Positions 57,430 through 64,000 of a stretch of 64,000 nt of DNA are shown piece by piece. Where the stretch lies: sequence record OL960577.1. The stretch is one strand, 5' to 3'. The number at the start of each line of letters is the position of its first letter. Within the stretch, counting starts at the first letter, position 1. Position numbers and translations under genes: made by a program. The notes beneath the pieces are model-generated. The model was not told the DNA's origin. It saw nothing but the letters and a program-made list of their open reading frames with translations, and did no database searches. This stretch comes from Escherichia phage vB_EcoM_SA35RD.

Positions 57430-57645
57430 CTACCGATTGTGTTTTAAATGTTGATAAAGCTCTTCAACTTGTTTAGGGTCCAGGTAAATAACATCATCAT
57501 CTTGCTCAATGGAAATTCCGCCAGTATTACCTTCAACGAAATTACATTCGCATACTTCAACGGTGCGATATACATCACCAACTGGATGCCCAGGCTCCAG
57601 AACAATCACACCATCTTCAGAACAACCGCTTGGGTCATATAACAT
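57430..57645 (-). CDS. hypothetical small protein, tandem paralog A
   Basis: Start MLYDPSGCSEDGVIVLEPGHP after AGGAAA SD; paralog of next ORF. Confidence 0.4.
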   Translation of the reverse strand: MLYDPSGCSEDGVIVLEPGHPVGDVYRTVEVCECNFVEGNTGGISIEQDDDVIYLDPKQVEELYQHLKHNR

Positions 57646-57736
57646 TACAGTTTCCTCGCTAACCATGAAAAGAATAAACCAATTAAAACAGGTCCTACAG
57701 TCATTGTTAACCAAGCCCAAGGTTCAAGATAATAAA

Positions 57737-57901
57737 TCATCTCATGCTCCTGTGCCAACAGTTTCTTGGTTCACGTTTAAAAATTTCATCATGCATTGAT
57801 TGACAACCAACACAATATATCACCACCATATCATCTTCAGCGCTTTCAGGTAAAAGTTCAAGTACACCGTCTTCAGATTTTCCAGTATAATCGTAAAGCA
57901 T
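57737..57901 (-). CDS. hypothetical small protein, tandem paralog B
   Basis: Start MLYDYTGKSEDGVLELLPESA; similar N-terminus to 57430..57645. Confidence 0.4.
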   Translation of the reverse strand: MLYDYTGKSEDGVLELLPESAEDDMVVIYCVGCQSMHDEIFKREPRNCWHRSMR

Positions 57902-57908
57902 AATATCC

Positions 57909-58088
57909 TCACATAATCTCGTTAACATACATTTGCAATTCGGTGTGGGCTTCGGCCATCTTTTTCATAGCTCTGTTAATGTCGATGTCTCCATCTTCGC
58001 AACCATGAGCATTTTCCCAATCAGATACCGCATTAGCGTACTCTTCAATCAAAAACATTAACTTAGAAATTTTTTCTTTACGTGTCAT
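57909..58088 (-). CDS. hypothetical protein
   Basis: Start MTRKEKISKL after GAGGAGAA SD, downstream of promoter motif. Confidence 0.4.
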   Translation of the reverse strand: MTRKEKISKLMFLIEEYANAVSDWENAHGCEDGDIDINRAMKKMAEAHTELQMYVNEIM

Positions 58089-58115
58089 AATGTTCTCCTC
58101 TAGTAAGTAAGGACT

Positions 58116-58144
58116 ACTATAACACAACCTGAGGAGAAGTAAAC
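58116..58144 (-). promoter_or_regulatory. T4-type early promoter-like element with RBS-pairing spacer
   Basis: GTTTAC-17nt-TATAGT; spacer GAGGAGAA inverted with SD region TTCTCCTC. Confidence 0.4.
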
Positions 58145-58189
58145 TGATAGATGCCAAAAAGCCCCAACCATAAGGAAGGGGCTAGTAAA

Positions 58190-58492
58190 TTAGATAGATG
58201 TAGGCTCTAATTTTATTTTCATGAACTCGGCAAATTGTCTGGCAGTTTTTATGCCTTGTTCATGGCATTCAAATGCATCATCACAGGGGCTATTTTTGTA
58301 ATGCTTTGCCATATACTTATAGAATTTTTCAGAATTCTCGACATTTTGAATTTCAAACAAAGTATATACGTTTTTAATCCCTGATTCCATAAAGTTATCA
58401 AAATATGGGTCGGTGTACGCAGTACCAACGATAGGAGTTGTTGCTGCAAAAAACCCCAGCATCGCCATGACAGCTATCGCTCTTAAGGCCAT
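58190..58492 (-). CDS. rI: rI-like lysis-inhibition protein
   Basis: 100 aa, signal-anchor N-terminus, position just upstream of tk as T4 rI; sequence similarity not verified. Confidence 0.4.
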   Translation of the reverse strand: MALRAIAVMAMLGFFAATTPIVGTAYTDPYFDNFMESGIKNVYTLFEIQNVENSEKFYKYMAKHYKNSPCDDAFECHEQGIKTARQFAEFMKIKLEPTSI

Positions 58493-58504
58493 ATAGGCCT
58501 CCTG

Positions 58505-58717
58505 TTAATTTTGACCAGTATTTATTTTTCGCCTTTGGACGGCCTTAACATCTGTGAGGTATTTTTCCAGCTTGCGCTTGCGTGTATAATCAGCTTTAGA
58601 ACCAGTTTGACGGATATCCTCGTTTAAATGAGAAATAGAATGTCCTAATTCTCTTCGGATTTCATCCAATTGGGTTACAGTAAGATTACGAAGTTGTCTT
58701 TCGTTTAATTGCTGCAT
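58505..58717 (-). CDS. hypothetical protein
   Basis: 70 aa ORF. Confidence 0.4.
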   Translation of the reverse strand: MQQLNERQLRNLTVTQLDEIRRELGHSISHLNEDIRQTGSKADYTRKRKLEKYLTDVKAVQRRKINTGQN

Positions 58718-58744
58718 ATATACCTCTTGGTTAGATATTAGTAT

Positions 58745-59326
58745 TTATAACAACCCTGTCAAATCATTCCAATGCTTCCGGCATAATGACACGTATCTAT
58801 CGGTATCACCAATTTCAATTTGACTGCCATCTGTAATTGGAAGTCCGTCTTCCGTGACTCTAGCTACCATTGTGGCCTTTTTACCACAATGACAGACACC
58901 TTTAAGTTCAACAAGCTTATCGGCAATAGCCATTAATGCTTGAGAACCTTCAAATAGATTACCTTTAAAATCTGTTCGTAGTCCATATGCCATTACCGGC
59001 ACATTGTATACGTCAACAATACGACTAAGTTGATACACCTTTTCAGTAGTTAAGAACTGAGCTTCGTCAACAAATACACAATGAATATCCTTTTGTGCTG
59101 CAGCCCATTTATAGAATTCAAAGATATCCATGTCTTTTGTAATTATATTGGCATCCTGACGAATACCAATACGAGAGACTATTTCACCTTTTGAATCGCG
59201 AGTATCAATAGCCGGTTTAAGAACTAATACACCCATGCCACGTTCTTTATAGTTGTGTGCGGCAGTAAGTAATGAAGCAGACTTACCAGCGTTCATAGCG
59301 GCATATGTAAAAATTAAACTAGCCAT
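58745..59326 (-). CDS. tk: thymidine kinase
   Basis: 193 aa; P-loop AAMNAGKS and C-terminal zinc motif CHCGKKA; T4 synteny. Confidence 0.85.
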   Translation of the reverse strand: MASLIFTYAAMNAGKSASLLTAAHNYKERGMGVLVLKPAIDTRDSKGEIVSRIGIRQDANIITKDMDIFEFYKWAAAQKDIHCVFVDEAQFLTTEKVYQLSRIVDVYNVPVMAYGLRTDFKGNLFEGSQALMAIADKLVELKGVCHCGKKATMVARVTEDGLPITDGSQIEIGDTDRYVSLCRKHWNDLTGLL

Positions 59327-59335
59327 AAGAGTCCC

Positions 59336-59518
59336 TTATAGTGAATTCACGTAGTCAATGAGTTCTTGTTCTTTCCTGTCAAATGATTCCATCAATGCGT
59401 GATATTCTTCATCTGTTAAAGGAGCATATTCATCGTACGCATTGGTGGCTGCTTGTTCATCCAATAGGTCATGGATAAGTTCGAACAGTTTAGCTTTCTC
59501 TTCTTTAGTTAATTTCAT
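59336..59518 (-). CDS. hypothetical protein
   Basis: 60 aa ORF. Confidence 0.35.
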   Translation of the reverse strand: MKLTKEEKAKLFELIHDLLDEQAATNAYDEYAPLTDEEYHALMESFDRKEQELIDYVNSL

Positions 59519-59742
59519 TTAGGTTCACCTTCTTTAACGAAATCTGGGTAAGGGTAAAATCCTGAGTAAAACCCTTCACCTTTATGATTGCTACAACCTT
59601 TGTTCGAACAGTAACACCAATAATCAAAATCACAAGCCATTTCGTCATTGCATAAAGCAAAAACTACAGGCCATTCGCATTTTTCGCATTTAGCACCTGT
59701 AAGAATTTTTGTTTGACTCATAGCCATGTCACCTTTAAGCAA
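59515..59742 (-). CDS. Cys-rich small protein
   Basis: 75 aa; CEKCEW...CNDEMACDFDYWCYCSNKGCSNH. Confidence 0.4.
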   Translation of the reverse strand: MLKGDMAMSQTKILTGAKCEKCEWPVVFALCNDEMACDFDYWCYCSNKGCSNHKGEGFYSGFYPYPDFVKEGEPK

Positions 59743-59945
59743 TATTCTTCTACATGTTGTTTACGGCCTTTCTTATCAATAAAGGTATATTCAACGAATG
59801 TTCCGATGTAGTCTTTATCTACATCATGTGGACTATTAATTGGGCATTTGGTACGACAAATGCGTTCCCATTGACGAATAATTACTGCCTTATTCTTTGG
59901 GTCATATGGATGTGGATAATGTATATTCATAATAACGGTTCCCAA
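59718..59945 (-). CDS. hypothetical protein
   Basis: 75 aa ORF. Confidence 0.35.
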   Translation of the reverse strand: MGTVIMNIHYPHPYDPKNKAVIIRQWERICRTKCPINSPHDVDKDYIGTFVEYTFIDKKGRKQHVEEYCLKVTWL

Positions 59946-60424
59946 TCAACAATCACAATTTCTAGTTTAGTAGAATACGTATCTAAAATCTCTTCGATGA
60001 CATCCCAGTTTCCACCACCAATACCTGCACCAATTCTTGGCATATAAATTACAGGCTTTATTATCTTATTCTTTCCGAATTCATTTAATTCTATTATACA
60101 ATTCATTAAAGCATAGTACTCAAAATTAGGTCCCGGCTCAAACTGTGTATAAAGATTAAAGCAATAAGCTTTATGGGTCTTAAAATATTTTTCATAAACC
60201 GAATAAGTCCCGAGTTTAGACTCGTCTCCGAATTCGGTTTGAAGTTTATCGGCTTCCAGAATTTTTGGATAAGCCTTTGCTAATTGTCCTGCCACACCGG
60301 CGCCCATTGTATGAAAACAATTACACCCATGAGCAATATTATTACCTTTAGAAAACAGGGCGACAATATCGCCCTTGATGTAGTTTTTAATCACTTGCTG
60401 CAAGTCCTCTATTATAAGAGTCAA
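59927..60424 (-). CDS. macro domain protein (ADP-ribose binding/processing)
   Basis: 165 aa; GCNCFHTMGAGVAGQ and RIGAGIGGGNW motifs typical of macro domains. Confidence 0.55.
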   Translation of the reverse strand: MTLIIEDLQQVIKNYIKGDIVALFSKGNNIAHGCNCFHTMGAGVAGQLAKAYPKILEADKLQTEFGDESKLGTYSVYEKYFKTHKAYCFNLYTQFEPGPNFEYYALMNCIIELNEFGKNKIIKPVIYMPRIGAGIGGGNWDVIEEILDTYSTKLEIVIVDWEPLL

Positions 60425-60734
60425 CTAGACGGTCCACCATAGAATTGCATGCTGCCTTATCTTTAGGTTCCGCCACCGAGCATTCTAATATTTGCCATTT
60501 TTTATAGTATCTTTTAATTAAGGTAGACGCCTTGAACCTACTAGACGCCCCATCTTTTTCTCCGTCTTTATACGCGTATAACAATTTTTGTGAAAAATCT
60601 ACTTTACACTCTTGACTTTTACCACAATAATCAGACGCCGTTCTGTTTGTATACTCCGTTACATCAGTATATGTAGTATTAGCAAGAGCGTTAAATGAAA
60701 CCAAGCTAACTATTAAAGCCAACATTTTGGTCAT
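60387..60734 (-). CDS. vs: Vs-like protein, secreted
   Basis: 115 aa, same length and position as T4 vs; N-terminal signal peptide. Confidence 0.4.
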   Translation of the reverse strand: MTKMLALIVSLVSFNALANTTYTDVTEYTNRTASDYCGKSQECKVDFSQKLLYAYKDGEKDGASSRFKASTLIKRYYKKWQILECSVAEPKDKAACNSMVDRLVDSYNRGLAASD

Positions 60735-61273
60735 TCTTTTATTTCCAGTAGTTTATTTGATTTAAGGTAATTAGCCTTTTCTAGGACTTCAGAAGCATAT
60801 TTACTTCCAGCACTTGTCTTCCATCCCGCATTATATGAGGATATAGCTTTTCTTATATCCCCGTTATGTATATTTAACCAATAAGAAAATTCGATATAAG
60901 CCCATCTGGCTGAATTAGACCGCTTAGATAGCATTTTCTTAATTTGGGCATCAGTCATATTATAACCAAGCTGGTTAATTCTTGCCCTCATTGTTGGTAG
61001 ATAATTTTGGAACATTCCATACGCATGGTGACCTTTCTTATCTTTAAGATTAATACCGGCAGATGATTCTTGCCATAGTATTGCGGCCATTATGTATCCA
61101 AGTCCTTTCTTATGCATATTTTCATGCGTTTTAAATTTTCCGTCCTTAGAAAACTGTTCCCCAAACTGATAAGCATAATTCAAGTTATCGAGTTGGACAT
61201 TACTAAAAGTATGCTCGGAGCTATGTGCTGATAATGAAAGAGCAAATAGACCAGCGAGTAGTGCTTTTCTCAT
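60731..61273 (-). CDS. lytic transglycosylase-like periplasmic protein
   Basis: 180 aa; signal peptide; LWQESSAG...YGMFQ...SYNAG resembles Slt catalytic motifs. Confidence 0.55.
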   Translation of the reverse strand: MRKALLAGLFALSLSAHSSEHTFSNVQLDNLNYAYQFGEQFSKDGKFKTHENMHKKGLGYIMAAILWQESSAGINLKDKKGHHAYGMFQNYLPTMRARINQLGYNMTDAQIKKMLSKRSNSARWAYIEFSYWLNIHNGDIRKAISSYNAGWKTSAGSKYASEVLEKANYLKSNKLLEIKE

Positions 61274-61281
61274 GTTTACCT

Positions 61282-61740
61282 CTAGATTTTAATCACTGCT
61301 TTAGAAGCTTTTCCTGGTAGTCGTTTACTGTTAATAATAGCCATTCTACATTGAAGAGTCTTCATTTTGAATGTCGGATTTTCGCGACAAACTGTAAGTC
61401 CTAACCAAAGATTTCCGTCAGTTATTTCTAAACGGCCTGGACGATACTCGACACCTTCGACAAAATCTTCATCAACATCTGGACGTGCCGGCATTGATAA
61501 AAATTCTGCAACTTCTTTAACGTGATTTTTTACTTTATGAAATAATTCAAAAACGTAATTCTCATCTATTTCTCTCTGGATGGCACGATCTAAGAGATGT
61601 TGAGAATACTTGATATGAAAGCCTGGTAGTCCAAGAGACTTTGCAGCATCTTTTATACCGGCATTTATTTTGCGGAACTCCGTTTCAAAGATTCGACGGA
61701 GTTTATTACGACGGATAAAAACGTCTGAATTGATAGTCAT
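61282..61740 (-). CDS. regB: RegB site-specific endoribonuclease
   Basis: 152 aa; KYSQHLLDRAIQREIDE...RPGRLEITDGNLWLG matches remembered T4 RegB; synteny. Confidence 0.7.
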   Translation of the reverse strand: MTINSDVFIRRNKLRRIFETEFRKINAGIKDAAKSLGLPGFHIKYSQHLLDRAIQREIDENYVFELFHKVKNHVKEVAEFLSMPARPDVDEDFVEGVEYRPGRLEITDGNLWLGLTVCRENPTFKMKTLQCRMAIINSKRLPGKASKAVIKI

Positions 61741-61768
61741 TTTGATTTCTCCTCTAGTTGACAGGTCT

Positions 61769-61797
61769 ATAGTAACACAACTAGAGGAGAAGTAAAC
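61769..61797 (-). promoter_or_regulatory. T4-type early promoter-like element upstream of regB with RBS-pairing spacer
   Basis: GTTTAC-17nt-TACTAT; 14-bp inverted repeat TTCTCCTCTAGTTG / CAACTAGAGGAGAA spans promoter and SD. Confidence 0.45.
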
Positions 61798-61801
61798 TAC
61801 T

Positions 61802-62059
61802 TTATTGATAAAATGGAGTTAAAGCCCAAGATTCTTTAGATACTATATTGGCGAAATGCCTCATCTCTTCGATTTGGCGACGACGTTGGTCAGCATAGTC
61901 TTCTTCGCCTTCTTCCTTACAATCTTCAAGGTCTTCTTCAAGATACTTTAAGTATTCACTACAAATTTTGTTGACCTTTTCTTGGAAGTCCAATAACCCA
62001 GTAATAGTAGAAGCCATTAGTATTTTTCCTCGGGTCGAAATACTGCACGACATGCCCAC
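61802..62059 (-). CDS. hypothetical protein
   Basis: 85 aa ORF. Confidence 0.4.
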   Translation of the reverse strand: MGMSCSISTRGKILMASTITGLLDFQEKVNKICSEYLKYLEEDLEDCKEEGEEDYADQRRRQIEEMRHFANIVSKESWALTPFYQ

Positions 62060-62283
62060 ATGCTGGCTTCTTTTAGATGTTGCTTAGCATACTTAAGAGC
62101 CTGCACTGCATCCATATCTTCTTTGGTTTGTTGCTCTGTTTCATTTTCTTTCAAGATATATGCTTCTTCAATCAGAGCATCAAACATCAATCCAAGACGG
62201 ACTTCTGCATCTTTAATAGCGTTCACTTTACTGATTTTATCATCGGTATGCGGTTTGTAGCCTTTGATGTCTTCAATCGACAT
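62017..62283 (-). CDS. hypothetical protein
   Basis: Start moved to MSIEDIKGYK; longer ORF would overlap upstream gene. Confidence 0.35.
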   Translation of the reverse strand: MSIEDIKGYKPHTDDKISKVNAIKDAEVRLGLMFDALIEEAYILKENETEQQTKEDMDAVQALKYAKQHLKEASMWACRAVFRPEEKY

Positions 62284-62497
62284 AAGGAATTTCCTCATCG
62301 GTGGCAAGGTCATATTCGACCAATTGGATAGGCTCATTAATACCATATCCACGTACAGTGATATCAGTTGTCGGATAGTTTCCAGTAATATCACCCATTC
62401 TAAATGCTTCAGTGAATGATTGCTCGCCTGAGCAACTAAACCAGGCGGCAAAACATTTTAAAACATCTTCAGACCCGTCTATAATCAATTTAGCCAT
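62273..62497 (-). CDS. hypothetical protein
   Basis: 74 aa ORF. Confidence 0.4.
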   Translation of the reverse strand: MAKLIIDGSEDVLKCFAAWFSCSGEQSFTEAFRMGDITGNYPTTDITVRGYGINEPIQLVEYDLATDEEIPYVD

Positions 62498-62859
62498 TAT
62501 AGACTCTCAGTAAAGGTACGAGCGATAACGTCGCGCTGCTGTTCTGGAGTCAGAGAGTTAAAGCGAACTGCATAACCGGATACACGAATGGTCAGCTGAG
62601 GATATTTTTCCGGATGCTTAACTGCATCTTCCAGAGTTTCACGACGCAGAACGTTAACGTTCAGGTGTTGACCACCTTCAATTTTAACTTTAGGTTGATG
62701 TTCAATTTCAATTTCACGGGCGTTAAGACCGTAGAAAATTTCCGGGTCTACAATAGCGTCTTCTTTAAAAGTCTTAGAGACAATAATCCGGGCTTGAGTA
62801 CAGTCTTCAAAATAAATAGTGCCTTTGTGTGTGCCTTCAAGAATTTGATATGCTTTCAT
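62497..62859 (-). CDS. autonomous glycyl radical cofactor (GrcA/YfiD-like)
   Basis: 120 aa; [26 protein letters not shown] glycyl-radical signature. Confidence 0.6.
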   Translation of the reverse strand: MKAYQILEGTHKGTIYFEDCTQARIIVSKTFKEDAIVDPEIFYGLNAREIEIEHQPKVKIEGGQHLNVNVLRRETLEDAVKHPEKYPQLTIRVSGYAVRFNSLTPEQQRDVIARTFTESL

Positions 62860-62865
62860 ATAACC

Positions 62866-63174
62866 TCAATTAGAAAATAAATTTATCCAAGTTTTTTCTT
62901 TAATCAAAAATGGGTCGGAATTAAACGCCATTAAACTTTGAGTGATTAATCCCTTAAATGGCCCATCAATAAATTCCATTTTGAAATGCGGAATACTAGT
63001 CATCAACCGTGCATTAGGAGCAGTACAAAGAACCTGCTGCCCTGCGAACGGACCTTTAGTCAAACGATATCGTTTAGGTTTAAAATGGTAAATCTCGTAA
63101 TTTTCTACAAGGGCCCTTTTATTGCATACTGGACTGTTATAACAATACTCAAAAACTTCAATAGTGGTCATCAT
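62866..63174 (-). CDS. hypothetical protein
   Basis: 102 aa ORF. Confidence 0.4.
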   Translation of the reverse strand: MMTTIEVFEYCYNSPVCNKRALVENYEIYHFKPKRYRLTKGPFAGQQVLCTAPNARLMTSIPHFKMEFIDGPFKGLITQSLMAFNSDPFLIKEKTWINLFSN

Positions 63175-63710
63175 TGCATTCCAATCACAAAAAATTGAGG
63201 ACGAGCATTACTGCCGATGCAATATTTGCTTTTGCAGCAGTGCTGTACTGTTTTAATGTGGACATTGTAAATCTTATCCATATCAGGAGCTTTAATAGGC
63301 TCGTCAATTATATACAGAATACGAGAAAGCGTTAATCCACGGAATTTAGAACCTTCATTGCCAATAAAACTACGAACAGAATCAGTAAATAAACGGAATC
63401 GAATATCGTCGCTAGAATAACGAGAAAATTCTTTTTCAATGTTGCCAGCAGAAATTTTAGCATAAGCTGAAGTATTAGAAAGAACAATAACCGTTCCACC
63501 ATCATACAGCCAATTAGCAGCAAAGTTAGTCACAGCAATTGATTTACCTGATTGTCGGCCGCCGTCTAAACGAAGTGTACAGTACTGCTTGAGTACGTCT
63601 TCAAATGGTGGGGCATAACCGTTCTTACAAATTTCTTCTACTCTAGCATCAGAATGGTGTGTAAAAGCATTCATCAGGGATAGATAAGGTCCAGTTAAAA
63701 ATGTTCTCAT
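63171..63710 (-). CDS. hypothetical protein, possible P-loop NTPase
   Basis: 179 aa; GGRQSGKS and ILYIIDEP resemble Walker A/B. Confidence 0.4.
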   Translation of the reverse strand: MRTFLTGPYLSLMNAFTHHSDARVEEICKNGYAPPFEDVLKQYCTLRLDGGRQSGKSIAVTNFAANWLYDGGTVIVLSNTSAYAKISAGNIEKEFSRYSSDDIRFRLFTDSVRSFIGNEGSKFRGLTLSRILYIIDEPIKAPDMDKIYNVHIKTVQHCCKSKYCIGSNARPQFFVIGMQ

Positions 63711-63823
63711 TTAGTTTCTCTTTTAGGTTGGGCCATTCCGTGGCGCATGAATTGTCCATTTCTGTATTTACCCCTCCAAGTAATTATGAATATACTATCA
63801 CAATTCTAGGAGAAAGTAAACTG

Positions 63824-64000
63824 TTATTTACCTTTAATTACTTTAGCTGCTTCGATAGCCGCTTGCTGAAGGTCATCCATAGACATACCGAATTTAGAAG
63901 CAAAGTTATCAATTTTCTTTTCGACAGCATTCAAAGGCTTGGCCTGTTTACCTTCATTAGCGCCAGGAAGAGCGAGAATACGCTCTTTGTCAATATAAAG
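63824..64000 (-). CDS. hypothetical protein, 5' end beyond window (C-terminal fragment)
   Basis: Hand translation of minus frame ending ...FGMSMDDLQQAAIEAAKVIKGK then stop; open to window edge. Confidence 0.3.
   Translation of the reverse strand, partial: LYIDKERILALPGANEGKQAKPLNAVEKKIDNFASKFGMSMDDLQQAAIEAAKVIKGK

Noticed and set aside
1-64000. tRNA genes, CRISPR arrays, IS elements or integrase
   Set aside because: No cloverleaf-like GC-rich 70-90 nt segments in intergenic gaps, no regularly spaced direct repeats, no transposase or integrase-like ORFs; content is contiguous phage early-region genes.

Overview
This window reads as the early/replication region of a T4-like (Tevenvirinae) phage genome, most consistent with an RB69-like phage. 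Identification rests on reading the supplied translations against remembered T4/RB69 proteins; no database search was run. Almost every gene is on the minus strand in T4 order: rIIA, rIIA.1, fused topoisomerase 60+39, dexA, dda, srd, modA, modB, soc, 56, 61, sp, dmd, 41, 40, uvsX, 42, 43, regA, 62, 44, 45, 46, 47, 55, nrdH-like, nrdG, nrdD, 49, nrdC, rI-like, tk, vs, regB. The main accessory content sits where T4 carries its hmC glucosyltransferases: a GT-B glycosyltransferase between rIIA.1 and the topoisomerase gene, and, between uvsX and gene 43, a nucleotide-sugar module (SIS-domain arabinose-5-phosphate isomerase, HAD phosphatase, fused nucleotidyltransferase/kinase, dTMP-kinase-like P-loop protein, Cys-rich protein) next to dCMP hydroxymethylase. 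I interpret this as a DNA hmC arabinosylation system; to my recollection an arabinosyl-hmC system has been reported for RB69, so it is probably not wholly undescribed, but several components (Cys-rich protein, P-loop kinase, 299-aa protein) are unassigned here. Other points: a repeated ~50-bp promoter cassette carrying a palindrome that is preserved by compensatory changes, inverted repeats that pair promoter spacers with downstream ribosome-binding sites, UUCG-tetraloop hairpins, tandem paralog families, and lone accessory genes (Pol-beta nucleotidyltransferase, macro domain, Arr/Tpt1-like protein, GrcA-like protein). No tRNA, CRISPR, intron or IS element was seen. Coordinates of small ORFs I translated by hand may be off by 1-2 nt.
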